In this document: positions 16,402 to 25,243 of the stretch, one piece after another | How the letters are laid out: each line of letters starts with the position of its first letter | Position numbering within the stretch: position 1 is the first letter of the stretch | Assembly (NCBI GenBank): GCA_043764555.1 | Contig: JAYUKJ010000441.1 | Location: 1-51,747 of the forward strand | Length of the DNA stretch: 51,747 nucleotides | DNA from: Saprospiraceae bacterium | Lineage (GTDB): Bacteria > Bacteroidota > Bacteroidia > Chitinophagales > Saprospiraceae | Direction: 5' to 3' | Position numbers and translations under genes: made by a program | Notes under the pieces: generated by a model | Database searches by the model: none | What the model was told of the DNA's origin: nothing | The model's input: the letters and a program-made list of their open reading frames with translations, nothing else

Positions 16402-17898
16402 ATGCTATTAGAAAACGTCATTTCTGTAAAAAACACGGTCAAACAGTGGTTGAAAACCCAGTTTTTGAGCCAAAAACTCAACAATCCACTCGGCTTTTTG
16501 CTCCTCACAACATTCGGTTTGGTTCTCGGCAGCCTCATTCCCTACATGGGCATTGGGGTTAGCAGCCTCCTGATTGTCGGAATTGTTGCCTTGCCGCTCA
16601 TCTTCGCCTGTATGTTTTATCACCAATTTGGCGTTGGTTTCACGCTGATTGTGGCGTTTTTGGTCAATTTTATCGCTCGCATAAAAGAAGCACCGCTCGG
16701 AACGGCAATTGACGGACTTTTGGTCTTGATGATTTTCGGCATTCTGATTGGTCAAATCGTCAAAAAAAATTGGGCGTTTGCCAAAGACCCGATTTCGACT
16801 TGGTTGCTGATTTGGGTCTATTACAACCTCTTTCAAGTCCTCAATCCTGCTGCCGAGTCCAAAATGGCGTGGCTTTTTACCGTCCGCAGTTTGGCGATTC
16901 TAAACCTCTTGTATTTCATCGCTTGCTACGCTTTTACGTCGCTCGACAAGATAAAACAGATGCTGCACGTCATCATAGGTTTGGCGTTTTTTACCGCACT
17001 TTATGGCTTAAAACAAGAATTTATGGGCATGACGACGTTTGAAAAAGCGTGGTTGTACGCCGACCCCGAACGGTTTCAATTGTTTTTTCAATGGGGACGA
17101 ATGCGCGTTTTTTCGATATTGTCCGATGCCATGACCTTCGGTATTATGATGGCTTATATGGGTATTTTTTGTTTTATCTACGCCACAGCACCCATGAAAG
17201 CGGCGGGACGAGCATTCTTGATTTTTGCGGGCATTATCATGTTTTGGGTGTCGGCTTACAGCGGCACGCGGACGTGTTTTGCCTTGATTCCGTTGGGTTT
17301 TGTCTTTTATGCCCTCATGACATTGAGCCGAAATGTGGCAATTATTAGTGCCATTTTTATCCTGATGGGAACGGGTTTGATGCTCAAATCCACGGGAAAT
17401 GCCGTAATTTATCGCATTCAATCGTCTTTCAAACCGACTGAGGATGCGTCCGTTCAGATTCGATATTTCAATCAACAACGGATTCGTCCGCATATTTATT
17501 CGCACCCGATTGGCTTCGGACCGGGCAGCACGGGTTTGTGGGCGAGACGCTTTACGCCCAATTCTTTTTTGGCGGGTTTTGCCCACGATAGTTATTACGT
17601 TCGATTAGCGGTCGAAGAAGGTTGGATAGGCATGGCTTTGTATATGTTTTTTTTATTTACAGTTTTGAGGCGTGCTTTATATTTCTATTTACGAACGAAA
17701 GACCCAACGATAAAAGCGCTGTATCTTGCCATAATGACCGCATTGTTCATGCTTTCAGTCGCCAATTATCCGCAAGAAGCGATTGTGCAATTGCCGACAA
17801 GTTTGGTCGTTTACGTCTTTTTTGCGGCAATAGTTCGCCTAAAAGACTACGACGAAGGCTATCAAACGCGGTTGAAAGAATTGGAAACGGCGCGTTGA
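16402..17898 (+). CDS. O-antigen ligase / Wzy-like polytopic membrane protein
   Basis: ~11 predicted TM segments and a central loop with SGTRTCFALIP..., typical of the O-antigen ligase (Wzy_C) family. The start could be a downstream Met. Confidence 0.6.
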   Translation: MLLENVISVKNTVKQWLKTQFLSQKLNNPLGFLLLTTFGLVLGSLIPYMGIGVSSLLIVGIVALPLIFACMFYHQFGVGFTLIVAFLVNFIARIKEAPLGTAIDGLLVLMIFGILIGQIVKKNWAFAKDPISTWLLIWVYYNLFQVLNPAAESKMAWLFTVRSLAILNLLYFIACYAFTSLDKIKQMLHVIIGLAFFTALYGLKQEFMGMTTFEKAWLYADPERFQLFFQWGRMRVFSILSDAMTFGIMMAYMGIFCFIYATAPMKAAGRAFLIFAGIIMFWVSAYSGTRTCFALIPLGFVFYALMTLSRNVAIISAIFILMGTGLMLKSTGNAVIYRIQSSFKPTEDASVQIRYFNQQRIRPHIYSHPIGFGPGSTGLWARRFTPNSFLAGFAHDSYYVRLAVEEGWIGMALYMFFLFTVLRRALYFYLRTKDPTIKALYLAIMTALFMLSVANYPQEAIVQLPTSLVVYVFFAAIVRLKDYDEGYQTRLKELETAR

Positions 17899-18010
17899 GG
17901 ACCCCTCAGTATTTTTACATTTTTTCATTAAAAAAGCCTTTCAAACGTTCGTGTTTGAAAGGCTTTTTTAATGAAAAAATACCTAAAAAAGGCATTCATA
18001 CTGAGGGGTC
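17899..18010. mobile_element. MITE-like palindromic element (112 bp) bounded by inverted motif copies
   Basis: Left end GGACCCCTCAGTAT (17899-17912), right end CATACTGAGGGGTC (17997-18010). The interior is a ~30-bp-arm palindrome ...TTTTTTCATTAAAAAAGCCTTTCAAAC / GTTTGAAAGGCTTTTTTAATGAAAAAA. The element starts at the first nt after the TGA stop. Confidence 0.75.
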
Positions 18011-18112
18011 TTATTTTTATGAAAATAAAAGTAAAATACTTTATTTTTATTAAAGTAACTTGTACATTTGTAACATTAAGTAAAAATTATTTACAATTTC
18101 AAACCGAATCTG

Positions 18113-18292
18113 ATGAAGAAAACCACAAAACAAGCCTTAATTGCGCGTTATGTACAAGAATTAGATTTTTTAGATGTTGTCATTGACCTCAATATTCACA
18201 ATGCTGAAACGGTCAAACAATTTCAAAAGCAATACCGACAAATAACGCAATTGCTCACTGAACTCGTTAATACGAAGGCAGATGACGAGTAA
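18113..18292 (+). CDS. Small hypothetical protein (59 aa, below the ORF-track cutoff)
   Basis: MKKTTKQALIARYVQELDFLDVVIDLNIHNAETVKQFQKQYRQITQLLTELVNTKADDE. No homology recognised. Confidence 0.3.
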   Translation: MKKTTKQALIARYVQELDFLDVVIDLNIHNAETVKQFQKQYRQITQLLTELVNTKADDE

Positions 18293-18345
18293 AAAATGAT
18301 AATAATTGGTCACTATTCATTCATCACTTTTAAATTATTAGTAAA

Positions 18346-18798
18346 ATGCTCACAACAATAGCTGATTATTGCCAACAACGCGGCGTAACAAAACAATTCG
18401 TCTATGAATATGTCCGCAAACAGAAATTTGAATTGATAGAATTGCCCGTTTTTGCAGAAATTAATGGGCAAAAAATTAGCGGTGGGACTCAAAAATTTTT
18501 GAGCGTTCCCGAAGCTTTTGAACCTGAATTGGATTTTCAAACATTCGATTCTGCCGCCGCTTTTGTGGATTATTTGACAGATTATCCAGAACTTGCGGAA
18601 CGCAATAAAGCCTATTTTCAATTGACAAATAAGGAGGAAAAGGCAGCTTTCAAAGCGACAATGTATGCCGAATTAGCCACGCGACCAGAAGCTGAAAGAA
18701 CTGCTTTCATGGATGCACAAGCGCGTTTGGCGGAAGCGACGTACAACCACATGAATGAAATGCAAAAACGGTTGAAAAGGGTTTTGAAAAAGGCTTAA
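18346..18798 (+). CDS. Hypothetical protein, possible N-terminal HTH
   Basis: 150-aa ORF. The N-terminus TIADYCQQRGVTKQFVYEYVRK resembles a short helix-turn-helix. Confidence 0.45.
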   Translation: MLTTIADYCQQRGVTKQFVYEYVRKQKFELIELPVFAEINGQKISGGTQKFLSVPEAFEPELDFQTFDSAAAFVDYLTDYPELAERNKAYFQLTNKEEKAAFKATMYAELATRPEAERTAFMDAQARLAEATYNHMNEMQKRLKRVLKKA

Positions 18799-18818
18799 AG
18801 AGCAGGAAATAGCGCATT

Positions 18819-18964
18819 GAGGAATCCTCCGCATTTCTAATTTTTTCATCAAAAAGCCTTTCAAACGAACGTTTGAAAGGCTTTTTTAGTGAAAAAATGC
18901 CGAAAAAAGTCATTTCCCGAAGAAGAATCGGGATGCCGTGAAAACGTCATATACTGAGGGGTCC
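18819..18964. mobile_element. Second copy of the 17899-type MITE-like element, decayed left end plus ~38-bp internal insertion
   Basis: GAGGAATCCTCCGCATTTCTAATTTTTTCATCAAAAAGCCTTTCAAACGAACGTTTGAAAGGCTTTTTTAGTGAAAAAATGCCGAAAAAAGTCAT ... TATACTGAGGGGTCC aligns over ~95 bp with 17899-18010. Confidence 0.7.
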
Positions 18965-18966
18965 TT

Positions 18967-19938
18967 TCAGACCAAACCTTCCTTCAATAAATCATGCAAA
19001 TGCACCATGCCGACGTATTTTTGGTTGTCCAAAACGATTAATTGCGAAATACTCAACTCGCGCATAATTTGCAAGGCTTCGACGGCTAAAATATCGGCTT
19101 CGATGGTTTTCGGATTGCGCGACATCATATCGGACGCTTTGATTGTCTTTAAGTCCACGTCGCGTTGCAGCAAACGCCGCAAATCGCCATCCGTAATGAC
19201 GCCAATTAAGGTGTTTGAATCGTCCAAAACGGCGGTTGCTCCCAAGCGTTTTGTGGTCATTTCGATAATCGTTTTTTGCAAATTATCGAGACCAAATACA
19301 GCGGGAACTTCATGCTGCGGATAAATGTCTCGGACGCGCAAATACAACTGTTTGCCCAACGCACCACCCGGGTGAAATTGAGCAAAATCGGCGGAAGTGA
19401 AGCCGCGCAACGCCAATAAACTCGTCGCCAAAGCATCGCCCATGACCATTTGTGCGGTCGTGGAAGCGGTCGGTGCGAGGTTGTTTGGGTCGGCTTCTTT
19501 CGCAATCGGCGTGTGCAATATATACGTCGCATTTTTGCCAAGATACGAATCGCGGTTCGATACCATCGCCACGAGCGGGTTGCCAAAATTTTTCAACAAC
19601 GGAACCAATGCCTTAATTTCGGGTGTATCGCCGCTTTTTGACAGACAAATCACGACATCTTCGGGCTGAACGATGCCCAAATCGCCGTGAATTGCATCCG
19701 CCGCGTGCATAAATACGGAAGGCGTTCCCGTAGAATTGAGCGTCGCGGCAATTTTTTGAGCCACAATCGCCGACTTGCCAATGCCCGTCAAAATCGTCCG
19801 ACCTTTAGACCCATAAATCGTTTCGACGGTCTTAACAAAGTCGCCGTCTAAAGAATCGCGCAGGGCTTCGACTGCCGCGAGTTCGATGTCAATCGTTTCT
19901 TTGGCAGTCGTGAGAATGATATGTTTCATATATTTCAA
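18967..19938 (-). CDS. kdsD: Arabinose-5-phosphate isomerase, KpsF/GutQ family (SIS + tandem CBS)
   Basis: SIS motifs GIGKSAIVAQKIAATL and SKSGDTPE, with a C-terminal CBS pair. Confidence 0.85.
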   Translation of the reverse strand: MKYMKHIILTTAKETIDIELAAVEALRDSLDGDFVKTVETIYGSKGRTILTGIGKSAIVAQKIAATLNSTGTPSVFMHAADAIHGDLGIVQPEDVVICLSKSGDTPEIKALVPLLKNFGNPLVAMVSNRDSYLGKNATYILHTPIAKEADPNNLAPTASTTAQMVMGDALATSLLALRGFTSADFAQFHPGGALGKQLYLRVRDIYPQHEVPAVFGLDNLQKTIIEMTTKRLGATAVLDDSNTLIGVITDGDLRRLLQRDVDLKTIKASDMMSRNPKTIEADILAVEALQIMRELSISQLIVLDNQKYVGMVHLHDLLKEGLV

Positions 19939-19987
19939 AAAGTGAATGGATACTTTAATTGCGCCGCAAAGATGTTACGTTTTAAAT

Positions 19988-20028
19988 AAAAAAGCCTATT
20001 TTTCCCGAAGGACAAAATAGGCTTTTTT
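19988..20028 (-). terminator. Bidirectional-type terminator hairpin
   Basis: GCCTATTTT / AAAATAGGC stem flanked by an A7 and a T6 run. Downstream of the 20114-20758 gene. Confidence 0.65.
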
Positions 20029-20067
20029 GATGCGGTGCATATTTTAGGCGGACTTGAAGTTGCGAAG

Positions 20068-20082
20068 AGACCCCCTCAGTAT
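20068..20082 (+). repeat. Dispersed motif copy
   Basis: AGACCCCCTCAGTAT, intergenic. Confidence 0.85.
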
Positions 20083-20113
20083 TTCTCCGTTTTTTTAATA
20101 GAATACGCGTTGG

Positions 20114-20758
20114 TTACTTTTTTTGAGCATGAGCATCTACCAATAGTTTACATTTTTTCATAATAGCGAAGATTTTGTAAATATTCTCATCCGATGCGTT
20201 GTGTGCATTGCTTATGCAATATTTATCGCCTTCAAGTAAGACAAAAAACCAGTTGCGTCCAGAGACATAGCAACCGTAAATCGGCAATTCGGAGGTATTT
20301 TTAGCGTGTGCAGCCACCATCCCGATGAGTAATTGCCCCAAAGGATCATTATCTCGACGGTTTTCTTGCTTGTATTCGTGGAGACAGAAATAAGGTAGTT
20401 TGGGCAAAACCTTACCTTTTGCCAACATGAAATCCACTTTTCCTGATGCTGAAACGGTCTCTGTTTCTATCGTCAACGTGCGTTGAGTGAATGCCTTAAA
20501 ATTTGGCGTGTTAAAATCAACCAAAGCCAAGACGGGACCGATGAAGAATAGTTTTAGCTCATCTTCATTCCAGTTTTTAGCTTCCTTGAGTAATAATTTT
20601 CGATAATGCTCGAGCATAACCGACTCTATCTCATTCGGTTCGCAGTTATCGGCTTTGAGCCAGTCTTCATATTTGGGAAGACTATCGACGGGAGAAATGC
20701 CAAAAGCATCTTCTACTTCTTCGTAATTCCAAGTTTCAAATGACCTCATTTTTATCAA
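20114..20758 (-). CDS. Hypothetical protein, PD-(D/E)XK-like; paralog of 34417-35097
   Basis: Blocks shared with the paralog: WNE(D/E)(E/D)LK, GxVDxxL, (H/Q)EYK, DPLGQLL, (I/L)YGCYV.GR.W.FV.L. The D...E-x-K arrangement suggests a restriction-endonuclease-like fold. Confidence 0.55.
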   Translation of the reverse strand: MIKMRSFETWNYEEVEDAFGISPVDSLPKYEDWLKADNCEPNEIESVMLEHYRKLLLKEAKNWNEDELKLFFIGPVLALVDFNTPNFKAFTQRTLTIETETVSASGKVDFMLAKGKVLPKLPYFCLHEYKQENRRDNDPLGQLLIGMVAAHAKNTSELPIYGCYVSGRNWFFVLLEGDKYCISNAHNASDENIYKIFAIMKKCKLLVDAHAQKK

Positions 20759-20823
20759 TTTTGGGGCAAAGTTAAAGGAAAATTAATTAATTCATACCTT
20801 TTTTCAAAAGGGAATTCAAAAAG

Positions 20824-20840
20824 GGACCCCTCAGTATAAA
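20824..20840 (+). repeat. Dispersed motif, exact 17-mer
   Basis: GGACCCCTCAGTATAAA, immediately followed by a hairpin. Confidence 0.9.
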
Positions 20841-20841
20841 A

Positions 20842-20880
20842 GCCGTTTTTCACTTCAAAACAAGTGAAAAACGGCATTTT
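20842..20880. terminator. Terminator-like hairpin
   Basis: 14-bp stem GCCGTTTTTCACTT / AAGTGAAAAACGGC with a 6-nt loop. Confidence 0.5.
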
Positions 20881-20940
20881 TATTTGTGGAAAATATATCT
20901 TTGTGCTTGTTGAAATCAAGGCATTTCAAGTGGCGTCGAA

Positions 20941-20998
20941 CCCGCTCGCGCTATATCTTGAAAGTGTGTAAATCATTAACAATCAATCCACTACACCC
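20941..20998. repeat. 58-bp conserved non-coding block, copy 1 (CCCGCTCGC...AATCAATCCACTACACCC)
   Basis: Ungapped ~42/58 identity with 21208-21265, with identical 9-nt start and 11-nt end. Confidence 0.6.
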
Positions 20999-21091
20999 AA
21001 TAACGGGCGTGCTTGTGAGGATTTTTAGTCCGATACATACTATGCTGCTCGTCTCCGACGAGCGTAAACTGTACCACTTGAATCCCCAACG

Positions 21092-21170
21092 GGACCCCTC
21101 AGTATAAACGCTCAAAAAGCCCTGCAAAAGTAAATTTTGCAAGGCTTTTCGGCATTTATACTGAGGGGTC
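21092..21170. mobile_element. MITE-like element (79 bp) bounded by inverted motif copies
   Basis: GGACCCCTCAGTATAAA (exact) ... imperfect hairpin GCCCTGCAAAAG/ATTTTGCAAGGC ... TTTATACTGAGGGGTC. Confidence 0.7.
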
Positions 21171-21207
21171 TTATTTTTTATGCGGCGACGCTTTGCGGCA
21201 TATTTTG

Positions 21208-21265
21208 CCCGCTCGCACCATGACCTTCAAGTACATAATTCCTTTAAAATCAACCCACTACACCC
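21208..21265. repeat. 58-bp conserved non-coding block, copy 2
   Basis: See 20941-20998. CCCGCTCGC occurs a third time at 21263-21271. Confidence 0.6.
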
Positions 21266-21410
21266 GCTCGCAGTAGCTCTTAATTTCGACTTCCGATTGC
21301 CAAACAAACGCAACTCGCGCGCTTTTTCAAAAGCGATGCGTACTATCAAAAGGCATCTCCGAGGCGCGTAAAATGCTGTAAAGTGTTGGCAATCAACAAA
21401 ATAGGCTCAA

Positions 21411-21423
21411 ATACTGAGGGGTC
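21411..21423 (-). repeat. Dispersed motif copy
   Basis: ATACTGAGGGGTC, intergenic. Confidence 0.85.
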
Positions 21424-21462
21424 TTATCCGCGCAACGTCAATATCGTTGCCAAAACGTCGTC

Positions 21463-22545
21463 TTAAAATGGGCTTTTAAATTTTGGATTATTGGCAAAGC
21501 TTGTGTCCGTCAATGTCTTCAAAAAAGCGATAATTTGGCGTTTTTGCCGCGCCGTCATATTGATTAATTTTATTTGAGGAATAAATGGGTCCACATTGTC
21601 CGCATAATGACCGCCCGAGGCGTAATGATTTATCACTTCTTCCAAGGTTTTGAAGCGACCATCGTGCATATAAGGCGCCGTTAATTCGATATTTCGGAGG
21701 CTTGGTGCGCGAAATTTGCCATTATCCGTCGGATTTTTAGTCACGCGACCGCGCCCTAAATCTCGAAAATCAGTGGGCGTTGCGGCGCTGTCTAATCCAT
21801 TGTTAAAATAATCATTTGAATCGTAAAAAATCGAGGAATGACAATGCCCGCATTGCGCATCAGGCACGCCCGCCGCGTTGAAAAACAATTGATAACCGTC
21901 TAATTCATCGGATGTGAAATCAGAAAAAGTCTTAATATTATCAATTTTTGCGTTGTCGCTAATCAGCGTCCGTTCAAATTGCGCGATAGCTTTTATGGCC
22001 AATTCTTTGGTGATAGCGGTGGTGTTCTGAATGCCGAAAGCTTTTCTGAATCGGGTAGGGTAGTCGGGATGCGTTTTTAGTTTTTCGACCACTTTCGACC
22101 AATTATTGTGCAGTTCAATCGGGTCTTCGACGGGCAAAAAAGCCTGTTCTTCCAACGTCTGTACGCGCCCGTCCCAGAGCAATCCTGCGTTGACAAAACC
22201 GACATTTGCCAACGACATAGCGCTTCTTTTTCCCGAAATCCCGTCGATGCCTTTACTCGTTGCTTGGTTGTCTGTAAAGCCGCCTTCGGGCAAATGACAG
22301 CTTGCACAAGCCATCGTGCCGTTCGCCGAAAGGAGTTTGTCGTAGAATAAAAAACGCCCCAATTCGACGCCCTCAGTAGTCAAAGGATTATCGGCAGGAA
22401 TAACCATTTTGGGAAAGTTGGCGCTGTATTTTAATGCGTAAGTTGTTGGACTGTAGGTAATTGCCGATAATCCGTCGTCATTTTTATCTTGACAACTTAG
22501 GGCGAACACGGCTAAAAAAAAAGCAGATATAATCGTTTTTTTCAT
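21463..22545 (-). CDS. Di-haem cytochrome c peroxidase family protein (CCP/MauG/MbnH-like)
   Basis: Two CxxCH haem motifs (CASCH, CGHCH), a lipoprotein-type signal (..ALSCQD), and the conserved PSLRN and PYMHDG blocks. Confidence 0.88.
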   Translation of the reverse strand: MKKTIISAFFLAVFALSCQDKNDDGLSAITYSPTTYALKYSANFPKMVIPADNPLTTEGVELGRFLFYDKLLSANGTMACASCHLPEGGFTDNQATSKGIDGISGKRSAMSLANVGFVNAGLLWDGRVQTLEEQAFLPVEDPIELHNNWSKVVEKLKTHPDYPTRFRKAFGIQNTTAITKELAIKAIAQFERTLISDNAKIDNIKTFSDFTSDELDGYQLFFNAAGVPDAQCGHCHSSIFYDSNDYFNNGLDSAATPTDFRDLGRGRVTKNPTDNGKFRAPSLRNIELTAPYMHDGRFKTLEEVINHYASGGHYADNVDPFIPQIKLINMTARQKRQIIAFLKTLTDTSFANNPKFKSPF

Positions 22546-22583
22546 GCGAATTGAGTTTGAAATGATACGCGTTTTGAAAATAA

Positions 22584-22600
22584 GGACCCCTCAGTATAAA
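22584..22600 (+). repeat. Dispersed motif, exact 17-mer
   Basis: GGACCCCTCAGTATAAA between the two genes of the peroxidase pair. Confidence 0.9.
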
Positions 22601-22624
22601 ACGAAAAATGGGGTCTAAATTGGT

Positions 22625-23392
22625 TTATTTTAAGGTCAAAGCGGTGGTGAAATTGCCCATCATAATCTTCATAATCGGCGAAGCACCCACTTGGTGCGTT
22701 GAGCTAACGGTCGCCAAATCGATACCTTTCACGAGTTCATTGACGTTCAATTCAAAATTAACATTTGTGGTTTTTAACTCTTGAATCGTATAATTTTTAT
22801 CAAATTTCATGGTTGCCAAAGCCTCGTCTCCGCCCGTGTGCAGCGTGATGCCCGTTTCAAAGCGTCCGTCGCCGTCTTTATCCATTAAGCCTTCGAGTTT
22901 TACAAATATAAAACTTTTCCAGTCTGTCCAATAATTGCCACCGTCCGACATGGGTTCTGCGGGCGTGAAATCTTTAGGTAATTTAGCATTCAAAGTTTTA
23001 GAAACGCCCAAATCGAAATTCATGGACGTGTAATTACCGCTGCCCATATTTAACTTTAATGTAATACCATTTGCCGCTTTCAGCGAATCATTAGCGTCGG
23101 TGAAATTAACCAAATTTGCAATCGGCACGCGGCTTAATTGCCCCGTTGGCTTGGCGTCGCCAAAGTAATTAATGTCCGAAGTTAGAAAAAATTGGAATCT
23201 TGTAAACCTGATTTTTTTGCCTTCGTAATCGTATATCTTGTTGATAACCAACGGTTTATTGGCATAAGTAGCTTTGAAATTCAGGTCTAAAATGCCAATA
23301 GGATATTCGCAACACAACGGTTCTTTTCTATTGCAATTTGAAGCCAAGGAAACAATGGCAATGGCGAGTAAAATCGGCAATGTTTTTTTCAT
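22625..23392 (-). CDS. Lipoprotein, putative MbnP-like partner of the di-haem peroxidase
   Basis: Lipoprotein signal (..LASNCN) and a 255-aa beta-rich protein immediately upstream of the peroxidase, which is the arrangement known for MbnP/MbnH pairs. Sequence-level assignment is tentative. Confidence 0.45.
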   Translation of the reverse strand: MKKTLPILLAIAIVSLASNCNRKEPLCCEYPIGILDLNFKATYANKPLVINKIYDYEGKKIRFTRFQFFLTSDINYFGDAKPTGQLSRVPIANLVNFTDANDSLKAANGITLKLNMGSGNYTSMNFDLGVSKTLNAKLPKDFTPAEPMSDGGNYWTDWKSFIFVKLEGLMDKDGDGRFETGITLHTGGDEALATMKFDKNYTIQELKTTNVNFELNVNELVKGIDLATVSSTHQVGASPIMKIMMGNFTTALTLK

Positions 23393-23543
23393 TTTAAAAT
23401 AGATTTTAATGGTTTAGTAATCAACGAATTTGTAAAATTTTCGTCAGTGAATTTCTTAGATAACAAATTGATTAGTAATAAGTTACGGACTATTCGGAAA
23501 CGATTTGAACCTGAAAAAGTTGTTCAAAACACAAAAAAAGCGT

Positions 23544-23560
23544 TTTATACTGAGGGGTCC
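23544..23560 (-). repeat. Dispersed motif, exact 17-mer (reverse), sitting in the loop of a hairpin
   Basis: AAAAAGCGTTTT-ATACTGAGGGGTCCTCT-AAAACGCTTTTT. Confidence 0.9.
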
Positions 23561-23590
23561 TCTAAAACGCTTTTTAAGATTTTTAACGCT

Positions 23591-23650
23591 TGGAATTTGA
23601 AATCTTGGAATTTGAAATCTTGGAACTTGAAATCTTGGAATTTGAAATCT
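23591..23650. repeat. Tandem repeat, 15-bp unit TGGAATTTGAAATCT x4 (GGAATTTGAAAT satellite family, locus 1)
   Basis: Four units with one T>C difference. The array ends 3 nt from the lipA stop codon. Confidence 0.95.
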
Positions 23651-23653
23651 CTT

Positions 23654-24526
23654 CTAAATATGTTTTTCTGCGTGATAACTCGACCGAACAAGCGGACCCG
23701 ATTCGACATATTTGAAGCCTTTTGCCAAGCCAATTTCTTTGTATTCGGCGAAGACATCGGGATGAATAAATTCAGCGACTTCGATGTGCATTTTCGTTGG
23801 TTGCAAATATTGACCGAGTGTCAAAACGTCGCAACCGTTTTCGACTAAATCGTCCATAGCCTTCAAAAGTTCGTCTTTTTGCTCGCCCAATCCGAGCATA
23901 ATGCCCGTTTTAGTGCGTTTTCCAAAGTCTTTCGTCCGCTGAATTTGTTCCAAACTCCGCTCGTAACGCGCTTGCGGACGGACTTTTCGGTACAATCGAC
24001 CGACCGTTTCCATATTGTGCGACACGACTTCTTGACCGCCCGAAATCATCCGTTCCAACGCTTCCCAATTTGCTTTTACGTCGGGAATCAAGGTTTCTAT
24101 GGTCGTTTTTGGACTAAAAGCCTTGACATTGACGACGGTTTGATACCAAATTTCGGCGCCTCGGTCTTTCAATTCATCGCGATTGACGGACGTAATAACG
24201 GCGTGTTTGACTTGCATCAATTGAATCGCTTCCGCAACACGGCGCGGCTCATCGGTGTCATATTCGTTCGGGCGACCCGTTTTGACGGCGCAAAATGAGC
24301 AGGAACGCGTGCAAGTATTGCCCAAAATCATGAAAGTTGCCGTGCCTTCGCCCCAACATTCGCCCATGTTTGGACAGTTGCCGCTTTGGCAAATTGTGTG
24401 CAGTTTGTATTCGTCAACGAGCTTCCGAACGCGCTTGTAGTCTTCGCCAATCGGCAATTTTACGCGCAACCAATCGGGGCGTGCTTGACGTTGCGGTTTG
24501 GATTCAGCTATCGGTAAATCTATCAT
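23654..24526 (-). CDS. lipA: Lipoyl synthase
   Basis: Radical-SAM CTRSCSFC motif, N-terminal CxxxxCxxxxxC cluster ([12 protein letters not shown]), full-length family similarity. Confidence 0.95.
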   Translation of the reverse strand: MIDLPIAESKPQRQARPDWLRVKLPIGEDYKRVRKLVDEYKLHTICQSGNCPNMGECWGEGTATFMILGNTCTRSCSFCAVKTGRPNEYDTDEPRRVAEAIQLMQVKHAVITSVNRDELKDRGAEIWYQTVVNVKAFSPKTTIETLIPDVKANWEALERMISGGQEVVSHNMETVGRLYRKVRPQARYERSLEQIQRTKDFGKRTKTGIMLGLGEQKDELLKAMDDLVENGCDVLTLGQYLQPTKMHIEVAEFIHPDVFAEYKEIGLAKGFKYVESGPLVRSSYHAEKHI

Positions 24527-24570
24527 TTCTATAATTAAAAATTAAAAATTCAAAATTAAAATTAGGCAAA

Positions 24571-24584
24571 ATACTGAGGGGGTC
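24571..24584 (-). repeat. Dispersed motif copy
   Basis: ATACTGAGGGGGTC, 45 nt upstream of the lipA start. Confidence 0.85.
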
Positions 24585-24679
24585 TTAATTCGTTATTGGA
24601 TAATTGTTATTAGTGAAGGGTTTTATAAATTGCTGATAATCAGTGTCTTGCGTTGGAATTTATCGTGCTTTTTTTATTT

Positions 24680-25243
24680 TCAGGCAAAAACTTTAGCCAT
24701 GTCAATTTTTATATCGGTTAGTATTTTTGAGCCGAAGTTGGCACATTCGATGTCAAAACAATCCATTGTGTAAGCATTATTTTCTAAAGAATAAACGTCG
24801 ATAATTTTATATTCTGGGTCGGCAATCCAATATTCAGGAACACCAAATTTGCGGTATAATTCTATTTTTTCATAGCGGTCTTGCTTGTAAGTTGATTTTG
24901 ACAAAACCTCAACAATCAAGTCGGGATGCCCTTCGATGCCGTGTTCGGTGACGATAAAAAGCCGCTCTTTTTTGATAAACAGAATATCTGGCTGTGTGTT
25001 GTTGTATTTATCGAAAAAAACGTCAATTGGCGACGTATAGACTTTGCCCAAATCGTGTTCTCGGACAAAATTGTTTAAAAACCAATTAAGGTTTGAGACA
25101 GCTTCTTGGTGCTGCGGTGATGGTGCTTGTTTTTTTACAATATGTCCGTTTAAAAGTTCATAATAGTAACCTTCTTCGAGTTCCATTTGAAACAACTCGG
25201 CGACGGTTATTAGCTGCTCTTCTTTCTCTTTTGTTAATAGCAT
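24680..25243 (-). CDS. Uma2-family (DUF820) PD-(D/E)XK endonuclease
   Basis: ELLNGHIV...SPQH, PDILFI, PDLIVEVLS.ST...D...K...Y...GV.EYWI.DP: the canonical Uma2 layout. Confidence 0.8.
   Translation of the reverse strand: MLLTKEKEEQLITVAELFQMELEEGYYYELLNGHIVKKQAPSPQHQEAVSNLNWFLNNFVREHDLGKVYTSPIDVFFDKYNNTQPDILFIKKERLFIVTEHGIEGHPDLIVEVLSKSTYKQDRYEKIELYRKFGVPEYWIADPEYKIIDVYSLENNAYTMDCFDIECANFGSKILTDIKIDMAKVFA

Noticed and set aside
16408-17586. Antisense and alternative-frame ORFs inside the O-antigen-ligase-like gene (16408-16836, 17008-17586, 16770-17042, 17049-17348)
   Set aside because: They are embedded in a long polytopic membrane-protein ORF with coherent TM periodicity. The alternatives are Arg/His-rich with no motifs.
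20921-21010. tRNA-like signal (GGGTTCGACGCC on the minus strand)
   Set aside because: With GTTCGA taken as the T-loop, the flanking bases cannot form a 5-bp T-stem (GCGGG against CCACT). No acceptor, D or anticodon arms could be drawn either.
23447-23848. 133-aa ORF containing WNLKSWNLKSWNLKS, and the similar 33523-33705 ORF with SKFQISN repeats
   Set aside because: The periodic peptides are simply translations of the 15-bp and 7-bp tandem DNA repeats. The first ORF also overlaps lipA antisense.
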